From Candidatus Latescibacterota bacterium (GTDB lineage: Bacteria > Latescibacterota > UBA2968), in contig OZ240241.1 of assembly GCA_965198115.1 (NCBI GenBank), forward strand, positions 2,336,001 to 2,400,000: a stretch of DNA of 64,000 bases, given 5' to 3'. The translations under genes were made by a program, and so were the position numbers. Below, one piece after another: positions 31,191-42,473 of the stretch. Below the pieces are notes generated by a model. That model had not been told where the DNA came from and made no database searches. It saw nothing but the letters and a program-made list of their open reading frames with translations. Every line of letters starts with the position of its first letter. Positions within the stretch are counted from its first letter, which is position 1.

Positions 31191-32659
31191 TCAGCGTTCA
31201 ATAAGGGACCCAAGGACCGACTCCGGAAACTCGATCATCACCAATCCTCTTGCAGCGGCACCCAATCCCCACCCGTTCGCCTGCCACTGGGGATAGGCAA
31301 CCATCGGTTGTGGAATGCCGTCGAGTAGAAAGTCGACAGGTTCCATCGAACCCGTCCCGAGGTAAACGAAAGCCTGCTGCAAGGTAACAAGCCGCCAACG
31401 GCTTGCTGTGACTCTTTCCACGAACGGGCTTCGAACGAATCGATACAACAAGGTTCCGAACATCCTCGAAAACGTCCCCACGACCCGAGGAATACGGCCC
31501 CAAGCGTAAGAATCGCCTCGCGCGCCGTCTCGGGCTCTTTCGATAGGCTCAGACAGAGGTGCCGGAGGGTCTCGTCACAGCTGGACCGGGCAGCGAGCGC
31601 CAGACCACGCAGGGCCGAGGCCCGAACCGCTCCGTTCTTCGCCTTACACAGATCCGACAGAAGTCCGACGGTATCGTCGTCGTCCTTGCCCTTCATCGCG
31701 TGCCCCAGGCAGATCGAAGCCACACGTTGAGTGGGGACATCGCCCGTCTTCGCCAGATTCGACAGATCGGGCACCAACGCGTCATCGCCAACACCGTCAA
31801 AACAGCAAGGCGCAAGGCGCAGCATACTATGGGTGGCGGCGCGAGTCCCTCGGACCCGCAGCATCCCCTCGAACGGAGCCATCCCCCGTCCCTCGCCTGC
31901 CAGGGAGAGCGAGCGCACGGCACTGCGATGTCTGAACTTGTGCGAGAAGCGATTCCGGTCCGAATCGATCTGGTCCGGGACCAACGCACGGTCAAGCAGA
32001 TCTTTGCAGATACGATCGAACCACGCTACGTCTGCCCCCTGCGCTAGCTGGCTGATCAGAGCCAGAGCCGGCATTCGACTGCGATCGGGCCACGCCATTT
32101 CCAGAACGAGATCGTAGACATCCTCGGTCGGGGACCCCGCGTAGACCGACGCAACCGCGTTGGCGATCTCCTCGTCCGAAGGACTCGGTGCCACTTGACT
32201 CACGGCCTTCAGCTTCTCGAGAATCCTCTCGTCCGCCCGTCCTCTCGCCGCCTTACCGATCGCGTGGACAGCCTGCTTCCGAATGAAAAAGCTCTTGCTG
32301 TCGAGATAAGGTCCCAGAGTATCCAGAATGACTCGGGCCGATGACCCTGTGACAGCCGCGGCCACAACGTTCACTGCTCGGTCCTTCAGATACAGATCCG
32401 GATTGTGCGTGAAATAGGTCAATGCGTCCAAAGCGCGTGCGCCCCGACCCTCGAAAACATCACACGCGACACTGATCGCCCGGTTACGGGTGCGCGCATT
32501 ACTCAGATAGGGATAAAGATACTCGAGCGCCCGCGGATCTCCCGTCCGACGGAATCGAACCGTCACATAGTCTGCCCAGATGGCGTTGGCCAGACCTTGC
32601 CGGTTCAGCGCGTCCCAGGTTCTCGACTGCTCTTCCAGATTCTTCCAGAGATCGTTCAT
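31191..32659 (-). pseudogene. Alpha-solenoid HEAT/proteasome-cyclosome-like repeat protein with two 3' frameshifts
   Basis: Repeats VASVYAGS, LGHAMKG, LALAARSSCD, LGAVFLGS, then in shifted frames GRGDVFED and FVYLGTGS. Confidence 0.7.
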
Positions 32660-32930
32660 GAGTGACCCGCCAAAAAGATGCGTGACGCGCCATTCCATTG
32701 TAGGGGGCGCAATGACCGCGGCCCGTGCGCCATTCCATCCGCAGGGAGCGCGCCACGCAAAGGAGATATTGAATTGTTCGTCGTCCCGCCTTGTCGTGCG
32801 TGTTCTATCCTTACACACTTTCACAGGCACTCTCACCGAAAATTCCGGTGGAGAACGATTCTCTGTTCCGGACAGCGTGCCCAAGCTAAATTGCCGCTTC
32901 TCTCTGGTCACTTGTCAATGGTCAATAACC

Positions 32931-33761
32931 GTGTCTCTCACCATCCACTTCATAGGCGTTTCGGGCTCCAGAGTCGGCCCGGGTGAAGAAACCGCCAGTT
33001 ACGTCGTCAATGGTTCCATCCTGATCGACACCGGTTGAAATGCGGCCGTCTCGATGCAGGAAGTGGGCATCCAGCCGACCGACATCGACACACTGTTCGT
33101 GACTCACTGCCATCAGGACCACATTCTCGGACTGCCAGGCTTGTTCTTCGCGAACAGCCGTCGCCGCCAGACACGGCCCGATGCACCCGATCTCCACATC
33201 TACGGTCCGCTCGACCTGCCACTCAGTGTCGAAGGCGCCAAAGCGCTTCTCCGTTCGAAGCAATACCCTCAGTGCGTCCCCGATCATCAGGTGACGCTGG
33301 TCTATCCTGGCGAATCTGTCGAAATCGGTGACCTGAAAGTCGACGTGGGTCGAGCCTTCCACCCGCTCGACGCCAGAGCCTATCGGTTCACCGACACAGC
33401 GACCGGCGGCTGCATCGTCTTCACGGGGGATACGGCCTATCACGAATACCTGCCTGAATTCGCCAGAAGATGCGACGTTCTGGTACACGAAGCCTCCTCG
33501 ACCCCCGATACCGAACTGTCATCCAGACAGCGCGTTCTCCACTCGACGCCACAGGACGCAGCAAGGGTCGCCAACGAAGCCAGCGTGGGCGAACTCGTCA
33601 TCGTGCACACCGCAGCCGAGAATCGCAAGGCCATCATCGATCGCGCAAAGGCCGACTTCCCCAACTCCGAATTGGGAATCAAAGGAGCCAGACTGGACAT
33701 CTGGGGCCCCGGTGAGACCGAATGGACCCATCCTCAAACGAAGCACGTTGAGGCGCCATAG
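32931..33761 (+). pseudogene. MBL-fold metallohydrolase (RNase Z-like) with one in-frame TGA at 33036-33038
   Basis: LIDTG*NAA, THCHQDH, FTGDT, LVHEA, HSTP. Confidence 0.85.
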
Positions 33762-33796
33762 TCATTCTGGTCATGGGTCAATGGTCAATGAGTTAG

Positions 33797-34234
33797 CTTC
33801 CTCCACCCTGTGTCATCTTTGAGACCGACATCCTCGGACCGACCAGACGGACTTTCGACACGAATCGGGCCTTCTGGGAATACGTCGTCTTTCTTTGCGC
33901 GAAGCTCTCACAAAGCGGTCGGCCCGTCGTCCTCTGCGGCTGGGTCAACCAGAGCCAGGTCGAGTCCAGCAAGGATCTGCGCTATTTTTCTGTGGCCAAC
34001 TATCTCATTCTGACTTGTGACGAGGACGGCCAAGTCGAGCGCTTACGAGGCCGATACCCTCGCACGCTCAAGAATCTCCCATCCGACGAAAACATCACCG
34101 GGGCCCTCAACGGCAACCGCATCATCACCCCGGGAGGCTACGAACACGATACCGCCACAGTCCTCGAAACAACGCATCACACCATCGATCAGACGCTAGC
34201 CCAGGCAGAACGCTGGATCACGGATCGTTTGTAG
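33797..34234 (+). pseudogene. 5'-truncated nucleoside/nucleotide kinase-like gene
   Basis: Open frame ..FETDIL..SQSGRPVVLCG..LTCDED..ERLRGR..LETT; no start codon or P-loop. Confidence 0.5.
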
Positions 34235-34341
34235 TAATCTCCAATTCCAATTCCCCCCAAGTCTACGTATCCTACACGCCATCCCAGACTTACCCTCGTG
34301 CCTTCGCGTCTTCGAGCCTTTGTGTCTTGGTGGTTTGAGTC

Positions 34342-35361
34342 TTAGGCGATCGTTTCCAGCATATCGTGCGTCACTTGGTGGAGCTGCTCTTCCCCCGCGA
34401 AGTAGCGACGGAGTTCTTCTGCCGCCATCTCCCCGACGCGATATGTCTGGGGACCCGCGATATGGGGAGTGAGAACAACGTTGGGAAGGGTTCGTAGTGG
34501 GTTTTCGGGCTCGGCCGGTTCCGGGTCCGTCACATCGATCAACGCGAAGAAACGGCCCTTCTGCAGTTCTTCGATAAGCGCCGCTTCATCGATGTTTGCG
34601 CCGCGAGACGTATTCACGAACACCGCGTCGTCTTTCATCAGCTTGAAGTGTGTCCCGTTCCACATATGACGTGTCGCATCCAACCTCGGAGCGTGACACG
34701 TCACGACATCCGATTCTCTTGCCATCGTTTCGAGGTCTACGAGCTCCGCACCGAACGCCTTCGCTTGCTCCTCCGAAACGAACGGATCGTAGAGCAGAAG
34801 GCGTGGTTTGTACGGTTGCAGAAGGCGCATCACGCGCCGGCCCACGTGGCTTGCGCTGATCACGCCGACGGTCTGGCGATGGAGTGTCCTTGGCCGCAAC
34901 GGGGGGTTACTGACCCTCCACAGGTCCGGCTGATCGTTCATCGCCATCTGTCGCATATACGGAAGGACACGTCTGAGGCCGATCGTGATCAACCCCATCG
35001 TGTACTCGGCCACATCGTCCGCGATCGCCGCAGCAGCACTCGTGATGACGATACCCTTCTCGTAAGCTTCCGCGCAGATCTTGCTTTTCACCGATCCGGC
35101 TGCGTGCGACCAGATCTTGAGTCCCGTCACTTTCTCGACCACGGCCAGGGACAACTGCACACTCACACCACCGGTCGTCCAGCTCGCCATCACACCGTCT
35201 ATCCCGACAAGGAAATCGGCGACTTCCTCGTCGTCCAAATCCCGATCCTCCCGATTCACCTTCACGTCGGCGAAACTCTGGAGCATCTCGAGGTCTTCCT
35301 GCCGCAGAATCAGCTCCTGGAGAGACTTTCTAACGAGAATGGCGATCTGAGGTCGTGTCAT
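34342..35361 (-). CDS. D-2-hydroxyacid dehydrogenase family
   Basis: HAAGSVK, VAEY, YDP, FVNTSRG, DVTDPEP, LTPHIAG. Confidence 0.9.
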   Translation of the reverse strand: MTRPQIAILVRKSLQELILRQEDLEMLQSFADVKVNREDRDLDDEEVADFLVGIDGVMASWTTGGVSVQLSLAVVEKVTGLKIWSHAAGSVKSKICAEAYEKGIVITSAAAAIADDVAEYTMGLITIGLRRVLPYMRQMAMNDQPDLWRVSNPPLRPRTLHRQTVGVISASHVGRRVMRLLQPYKPRLLLYDPFVSEEQAKAFGAELVDLETMARESDVVTCHAPRLDATRHMWNGTHFKLMKDDAVFVNTSRGANIDEAALIEELQKGRFFALIDVTDPEPAEPENPLRTLPNVVLTPHIAGPQTYRVGEMAAEELRRYFAGEEQLHQVTHDMLETIA

Positions 35362-35401
35362 TCTGGCTTCCGTTTGTGATTTCGATGAGAATTGACGCTT
35401 T

Positions 35402-36196
35402 CTACACCGGTTTCAGATACTCTCCGGGAATACGCGACCCTTCGTACTCCGCATCCGAATCACGTTTGGCGATCACCTCAGGAATCTCACCCTCCCAATT
35501 GGCGGGTATGGTGTCGGTCGGTCGCCTGTGCCAGGCCAGGATGAGCGTCCTCCGCTCATCCGTCTTATTCCCATCGGCCGAGTGTAGAACACGCGCGTCA
35601 CCCAGCACCAGGGAGCCGGCCTTAACAGGTACGTAGATTTGCTCAGGATCGTCCCCGAACATAATCGGATGATCCTCCTCGATGAAGCGGGCGCCCTGCT
35701 CGTGGGCGGGAACGAGCCTGTCGTGAAGGGGAATGCGTCTGTGATGCGTGCCTGGAATGACTTTCAGGCAACCGTTCTCGGGCGTGGTGTCTGTCAGGTA
35801 ATAGTTGAGGAAGATGATCTGCGGCCAGGGAGATATGGTCAGCGGATCGTTCCACTGCATCCAGTCCTGGTGCCAGTAGAGTGGTAGGCCGTGCGCCTCT
35901 TTCGTCAGGATGATGACACTGCCGCTCGTCTTGAAGTCTCCGAAACCCAGTTCCTCGAGCGCACGATACGAGGGCTCCCAGGACAATAGCTTGTCGATCA
36001 CGGAATTGTCTTCCCGCTTCACGCCGATGTGTTGACCCTGGTAGACAAGATCGGGTGGTTCTTCGTGATTGGCGATGAGCCGCTCCGTTTCATCCCGCAT
36101 TTCCTGCAGGAAATCCTCCGTCACGATATCATCGATTACGCAGAATCCATCTCGCAGCATCTGCTCCCGTGTCTCTTTTACTTTCTCCGGTGTCAC
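35402..36196 (-). CDS. PhyH family dioxygenase
   Basis: RDGF, WHQD, ENGCLKVIPGTH, VLHSADGN..RR; close paralog of 1636-2487. Confidence 0.9.
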   Translation of the reverse strand: MTPEKVKETREQMLRDGFCVIDDIVTEDFLQEMRDETERLIANHEEPPDLVYQGQHIGVKREDNSVIDKLLSWEPSYRALEELGFGDFKTSGSVIILTKEAHGLPLYWHQDWMQWNDPLTISPWPQIIFLNYYLTDTTPENGCLKVIPGTHHRRIPLHDRLVPAHEQGARFIEEDHPIMFGDDPEQIYVPVKAGSLVLGDARVLHSADGNKTDERRTLILAWHRRPTDTIPANWEGEIPEVIAKRDSDAEYEGSRIPGEYLKPV

Positions 36197-36258
36197 GTTC
36201 CTCTCCTGGTTTCTAGAATCGTTTTCCTATGGTTGAACCCTGACGACTGGCGCTGGCC

Positions 36259-37359
36259 TCAGGCCGCGCTTCCCATCCTTTTGATCAGAGGATGGCGCCG
36301 ATCCTCCAGGGGAAGATAGGCGCGTGCTTTCGTGAAATGTGACTCGTAGGCGGCGCTCACGCACTGGATCGACGTGATCGCATTGGGTCCTCCCAGCTCG
36401 GGCGTTTCACCCGCCTGAAGCGACTCCACCATATGTTTCACGCTCCAGATCGGATGACCGCTGCCCCACGTCTCTCCGCCGATGACGAACGCCGCCGGGT
36501 CGATTTCAACGCACTCCCAAGCCGCACCTCCCTCCACGAAGAAAGCATCCGAGGGGCAATACCACATCTCCCACCGCTCGATCTTGATCTGGCCCATCGT
36601 ACCCAGTAAGTGAGGACTGTGAAGATAGCCATTCAGTTCCTCTCGCCGATACAACTCCACAACACCCGATACGCCGTTCGGTCCACCCAGGTGAACCAGC
36701 ATCGTGTCGCCGGCGACCATTCCGTTGTCCCGACGGTCGGTTGTGCACAGTTCGCTGCTGTGAACGATGTCCTCGACCCCAACCTCGTGACCTTCATAGG
36801 TCATCTGGGCGTGAACCCATTCGACACCCCGGGCGAAGAAATCCATCTCGTCGAAGTAGTGGACACCCATCTCCATGAGCTCGAACCCTGCCGCACGCCC
36901 TTTACCCACTTCGCGGATCGAACGGAACTGACCGATGCGTCCTTCCTCGATCCACTCGCGTACAAGACGATACAGCGGGCTGAACCGGTACTGATGGCTG
37001 ACCGCCAGCTCGACCTCCGCTTCCGCACAGGCGGCGATCATCGTGTCGGCCGTCTCCAAATCGACCGACAGAGGCTTCTCGCACAAGACGTTGATCCCTG
37101 CCCTCGCGGCGGCGATCGTCACGGGCGCGTGAAGCGGTGCGTGAGTACAGACACTCACGAGATCCAAGTTGGCCGAGGCAAACATCTCCTCGTAGTCCGT
37201 GTATCTGTTGGATACGCCGTGTTCGTCGGCCCGCTTGTCGAGCGCCTCCTGATTGATATCGCAGATCGCTGTGAAGTCGACGCTACTCAGGCAAGAATAA
37301 GCCGATGCGTGGTACCTGCTGATCCCCCCACAACCAACGATTCCCACTTTTAATGACAA
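36259..37359 (-). CDS. Gfo/Idh/MocA oxidoreductase
   Basis: GGAGG RBS then TTG; VGCGGIS, CEKP, HQYRF, GVHYFD. Confidence 0.9.
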   Translation of the reverse strand: MSLKVGIVGCGGISRYHASAYSCLSSVDFTAICDINQEALDKRADEHGVSNRYTDYEEMFASANLDLVSVCTHAPLHAPVTIAAARAGINVLCEKPLSVDLETADTMIAACAEAEVELAVSHQYRFSPLYRLVREWIEEGRIGQFRSIREVGKGRAAGFELMEMGVHYFDEMDFFARGVEWVHAQMTYEGHEVGVEDIVHSSELCTTDRRDNGMVAGDTMLVHLGGPNGVSGVVELYRREELNGYLHSPHLLGTMGQIKIERWEMWYCPSDAFFVEGGAAWECVEIDPAAFVIGGETWGSGHPIWSVKHMVESLQAGETPELGGPNAITSIQCVSAAYESHFTKARAYLPLEDRRHPLIKRMGSAA

Positions 37360-37532
37360 ATCGAGCCTCCCTGTTGGTGTAGGACGAAACGCGAGGCTAC
37401 ATGATAGCACGCTTGGCTCCGGAATCCCATTCGGTCGAAGATCCTCCCGAGCGGCCGGTCTTGACACCGCCTCGAGGCTGTCGTAACAAATAGTCGCGGT
37501 TGTTCCTTTCAGAGTCCTGTTTCGGAGCCAGG

Positions 37533-40529
37533 ATGACCCTCCGATCGAACGTTGTAAAGATGTCGGTTCTGCTCGCTTTCTCTGCAGGCTACACTCGTGG
37601 CGAAGTGCGCCTGCCCGCACTCTTTTCGGATGGAATGGTACTACAGCGAGAGCAGGAGATTCCTGTCTGGGGGTTCGGTCGGCCGGGAGAAACCATTAGG
37701 TTCGGCTCGGTGACCATTCGGCCAGCGGGGTAGCCGATAGCCTGGGGACCTGGTCCGTTCATCTGCCTCAGTTGCCCGCCGGTGGGCCGCTGGAGATCGA
37801 GGTCGCAGGGAGCGGATCCACAATCGTCGTTAGGAATGTACTCGTCGGGGACGTCTGGGTCTGCTCCGGTCAATCGAACATGCGATTGCCGGTCCAGAGG
37901 TCCTCACACGCGGCCTCAGAGGTTGCGAGTTCGGCCAATCCTTCGATTCGTCTGTTTACCGTTGGACAAAGAGTTTCAAAAGAGCCGCTACGCGACACGG
38001 ACGCTATCTGGTTGGAATGCGAGCCTCGGAACGTCGCAACCTTTTCTGCGGTAGCCTATTACTGGCTCTATCCGGGTTTCTCAACGGTGAAACTATAGAA
38101 TGACAAGGTCATAGATCGTTCCCTACGCTTGGTTGTGTGTGTAGGACAATCAAAGCGAAGGGGGTGCGACCTATGACCGGGAGCAGATTACTATCGAAAC
38201 TGCTGAAATTCAAGGGGTTCCGTGTTGTCAGCTGGTGGTTTGAGGGGAGGAGCTGCGTCGTCATCGCCGTAAAGCCACATAAGAATGGTTGTTGTTGTCC
38301 GGAGTGCGGCCGTCGAGGTAAAATCGTCCGCACAATGCCCCATCCGCGTCGGTGGCGTGACATTCCGGTGTGCGGGTGGAGGGTCTGGCTTCTCTACCAT
38401 CCTCGGGAGATTCGGTGTCCTACCCACGGTCGTGTGGTCGAGGAGATTCCGTGGGCGGAGCGGTTCTCTCGGGTGACGTATCGCTTCGAGTATGCCATGC
38501 TGCGCTACTGCCAGACCATGACGCAGAAGGCGGCGTCCGAGTTACTGCGCATCTCTGCCTCGACGCTGTCGGATCTCCTTCACCGATCCATCACGCGGCT
38601 TCGTGAAGGTCATCGTATCCGAGGGCTCAAAACCATCGGGATCGACGAGATCTCCTACGCCAAGCGTCACAGGTACGCCACGCTCGTTTACGATCTGGAC
38701 CGCTCCTGCGTGGTGTGGGTTGGCCGCGGCAGGGCGCGTAAAACGATCGATCGGTTCTTCACAGAGGCTCTCAGTCCCTACCGGAGATCCAAGATCGAGT
38801 GGGCCTGCTGCGACATGAGCGAAGCTTACATCGGAGCCATCCAGGAACACTGTCCGAATGCCAAGCTGGTCCTCGATCGCTTTCACATCGTCAAGGCTCT
38901 CAATGCCGCCGTTGACGAGGTCCGTAAGGACCAGTGGCGTAAAGCTGCCCCGGATGAGCGCAAAGCCATGAAGGGCCTCCGATGGCTCCTCTACCGGCAC
39001 TCAGCGACACGCTCCAGAGGGGATACTCGGACACTCAAAGCACTGGAGAAGGCGAACTACCGAATCTATAGAGCCTGGAGACTCAAGGACGAGTTCGAGC
39101 AGTTCTGGGAATACAAAGCGCCCTGGGCTGCCGAACGCTTCCTGAAATGCTGGACGACGTCCGCACTCAGAAGTCGACTTGAACCCCTGCGAAAGTTCGT
39201 CAGGACCCTGCGACAGCACTTCTTCGGCGTCCTCGCATTCGTGAACACGCGTCTTACCAACGCCATCGCCGAAGGCCTCAACCGAATCGTCCAAATCGTC
39301 AAGAACCGAGCCAGCGGATTCCGCACACTCGACGCATTCAACGATATGATCTTCCTTACCGTCGGAGACATAAACATCCCTGAGCAGATTCCGAAGAGGT
39401 TCCGCACACGCTAACCGCGCCCCCATGCCAGGAACCACGGCACCTTCACCCACTTCATCTCGTTGAGAGATCCGGATATAGCCCTATTACTTTGGGCGCG
39501 ATCTGCACCAGGCTTTGAATGTGCCGATCGGGCTCATTCACGCATCCTGGGACGGCGCTCCGATCGAGCCTTGGATAAGACTTGAAACACTACAACAAGC
39601 GGGTGAAATCGTTGACTCTCGCCTGAGAGACTGGGATCTTCGCCTTCATGGATATCCGGCGAAGTTGGCAGACTATGTGGTGAAGCTGGACCAGTGGAAG
39701 GAAACCGCGGAGACCGAAAGGGCCGAAGGCCGAATTCCGCCACACCCCCCCAATAAACCGTTGGGCCCCAATTCTCCCTATAGACCCGGGGCCTCTACCA
39801 AGGCATGGTTGCTCCTCTTGTGCCGTTCGGAATCCGGGGCGCCATTTTTTATCATGGTGAAGCGAACACTTCCTGAGCTTTTCAATCGGGACGCTCTTCC
39901 CGATGCTAATTCGAGACTGGCGAGAAGCCTGGGGTCAGGGTGACTTTCCGTTTCTGTTCGTCCAGCTTCCTAATTTCAATCTTCGCGTGGACGGCTGGAA
40001 GGGCGTGGTGATCGAGCGAGATCCAGGCGAGAGCGAATGGGCGGAGCTGCGTGAGGCTCAGGCACTGGCACTCTCAGAACCCAACACCGGAATGGTCGTT
40101 ACCACGGACATCGGCGACCCCAACAACATTCATCCTGCAAACAAACGGGATGTGGGGAAGCGACTCGCCCGTATCGCACTCGCCAGAGAATACAGGCAAC
40201 CGGTTCAGCATTCCGGTCCCGTTTTCCGCGCAGCCTCCTTCGAGGGGTCGCGGGTTCGGATCGAATTCGATCACGTCGAGTCGGGGCTCGTCTTCCAGAA
40301 GGGTCGAAAGGGATTCGCCATCGCCGGTCCCGACAGTCACTTTATCTGGGCGCACGCGACGATAGAGGGAGACACCGTCATCGTCTGGCACGAGGATGTC
40401 CCCAAACCCATAGCAGTCAGGTATAACTGGGCGAACAATCCGAAAGGAAAACTCTTCAACGAGGCAGGTCTGCCCGCGGCACCATTTCGGACCGACAACT
40501 GGCCGGGTCAAACAATCGAAGCGCGATGA
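37533..40529 (+). pseudogene. Sialate O-acetylesterase (SASA), split by ISL3 and further broken by frameshifts and stops
   Basis: LPALFSDGMVLQR, GDVWVCSGQSNM, FSAVAYY|FGRDL, FLFVQLPNF, ELREAQ, IHPANK, PFRTD. Confidence 0.9.
38064..39483 (+). mobile_element. ISL3 copy 3, full length 1420 bp; transposase 38137-39414
   Basis: Both IRs present; 8-bp TSD CTATTACT; intact 425-aa ORF. Confidence 0.97.
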
Positions 40530-42215
40530 ATTCTCCCCTGACCAGAAAGGAGCTTCCAGTGACGTTTCCTACCAACGAATGGGCGACCGCGACCCTCGAA
40601 GAAGCGGACGTCGATCAGGATGGATTGAAAACGATAAAAGCCTGGCTGGACGATCGCGTTGAGGACCGACGGTATCGCTTCGTGATCGTCAAGGAGGGAA
40701 AGCTCGTCGTCGACTGGAACCACGGAGTCGAGCGAGAGGAACAGCTGTCGGTCGCGTCAACGTGGAAGTCGATGCTGTCGAACGTGCTTGGAATCGTCGT
40801 AGAGGAAGGAAAGCTGCCGTCTGCCGACGCGGAAGTTTACGATTACTGGCCTGTCTATATGGACGTCCCGGATGGGGAGGGCCCAAAGGAGAACCGCTGC
40901 GCGTTCCCCAAGGATCGCCACATCACCTTCCGACAGTTGATCTCGAACAGCTCCGGGTATATGAAGCCGGGAGAACAGCCTGGAACGGTTTTCCACTACC
41001 AGAGTCATGACCTCCGGCAAAGCCGGAGGCTTGAAAACTTGTGAACCGCTCAAAGCGGTTGGAAACCAAGCGCCACCTAAAGGTGGCGATTACCTGAAAA
41101 TGTTGAGCTGGTCGAGACGCCGGTCCTCCCGCTCCTGGTTCTGGATATACTCCCGAACCGTCTGTTCATCCTTGCCAACGGTGGAGACCCAGTAGCCTCT
41201 TGCCCAGAAATGCTGCCCGGTGAAGTTCGACCTGCGTCCCAGATAGTTCCGAGCAATGTGAATCGCACTCTTTCCTTTGATGAACCCTACCGTCTGAGCT
41301 ACTGAGTGCTTCGGCGGGATCGAAATCAACGTGTGCACATGGTCGGATCGCAGGTGACCCTCTTCCACACGGCATTCCTTCTGTGCGGCCAGATCCCGAA
41401 TCACCTCGCCCAGATAGCGACGAATTTCACCATACAACACTTTTCTACGATACTTCCGAACCCAAACAACGTCATACTTGCACTCCCATACCGTGTGACG
41501 TAGACTCCTTACGTTGTTCATTAGAGAGCCTTCCTTCCGTGTGCTTTGAGCGGTCCACGGCAAGGGAGGCTCTTACATATTTCTGGAACTGTCAAACTCT
41601 GGGAGTCTCCCCGGCAGAGCCGGGGGCTTACCAAGGTTTAGTTACGGGATGTGCATCCTGTCGCACGCCCTCGCCAGTCTCTATGGTTACTACGATGTTA
41701 GCGATCCCGAAGGGTCGGACGGGTTCCGCCGATTGCTTCGCGAAAAGCTCGCCGACCCACTCGGTGCCGGTTGGGATTACACGGCAGGCACCCTCGACAA
41801 CCTGCACGACAAAGCAAGACAGAACATCTTCTGCTACGGCACACGGATCCAGACGACCGCCCTCGACCTCGCCCGCGCGGGCTGGCTCTGGTGCAACTAC
41901 GGGAAGTGGAACGACGAACAACTCGTGCCGGAATCGTGGATGCGCGAGTCGACTCAGGTCGCGCCCCACATCAAGCAGCATTGTGATGAGAAGGATTGGC
42001 TCTACGGAAACGGATTCTGGAGTAACTCGGAAGGCAAGCTGTGGCCCGACCTTCCCCGTGACGGTTTCCACTCTTGGGGCGCGGGCGGCCACTACGTCGT
42101 CGTGTTTCCCAGCCAGGAGCTGCTCATCGTGCAGAATCCCGACCCCTTCGGAATCCGCGGAGGCGAAGGAGCGAATCCGGAGTTGATCACCCAGGTTTTC
42201 CGCGCCTGCACGTAG
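40526..42215 (+). pseudogene. Serine hydrolase (beta-lactamase/AmpC-like) interrupted by an IS200/IS605 element
   Basis: STWK (SxxK), ITFRQL, PGTVFHYQS|YGM, DLARAG, YGNGFW, WGAGG. Confidence 0.85.
41004..41640 (-). mobile_element. tnpA: IS200/IS605-family element carrying tnpA only (41090-41521)
   Basis: Y1 transposase KYRRK, DHVH, FWARGY, EYIQNQ; subterminal hairpins CCCCGGCTCTGCCGGGG and CCTCCGGCTTTGCCGGAGG; no TSD. Confidence 0.93.
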
Positions 42216-42292
42216 GAATCGGCATTTCACCCACAAACAACGGATCCCTTCGGTCTGATATCGGATATCCGTTCTCGGATCTCGGATAGATT

Positions 42293-42313
42293 GTGGCCCC
42301 GGGGCCACTTTTT
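42293..42313 (+). terminator. Putative intrinsic terminator
   Basis: GTGGCC-CCGG-GGCCAC followed by TTTTT. Confidence 0.5.
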
Positions 42314-42473
42314 CAATGGAGCAAGAATCGTGGCAGACATAGACTGACCTACTTCGACATTCGACGTTCGATGTTGGACATTGGTCATTCGAAGTAGGGG
42401 GAATGCCCAATGTCCAACGCTCAACTCCGAATTTCGAACGACTCCACAGCCGGACCATATTTTGAGCTATCCA

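Noticed and set aside
30615-31328. 237-aa plus-strand ORF
   Set aside because: Antisense shadow of the sigma4-like pseudogene
16279-33761. Genome-wide stop-codon reassignment
   Set aside because: Both TAG and TGA end many normal genes here, and the internal stops co-occur with frameshift decay
11775-38098. Shared C-terminal 'tag' LYPGFSTVKL on three unrelated ORFs (ending 11809, 15291, 38098)
   Set aside because: It is read-through into the ISL3 left end, not a sorting signal
41004-41640. TnpB/omegaRNA system
   Set aside because: The 637-bp element holds tnpA only, with no tnpB
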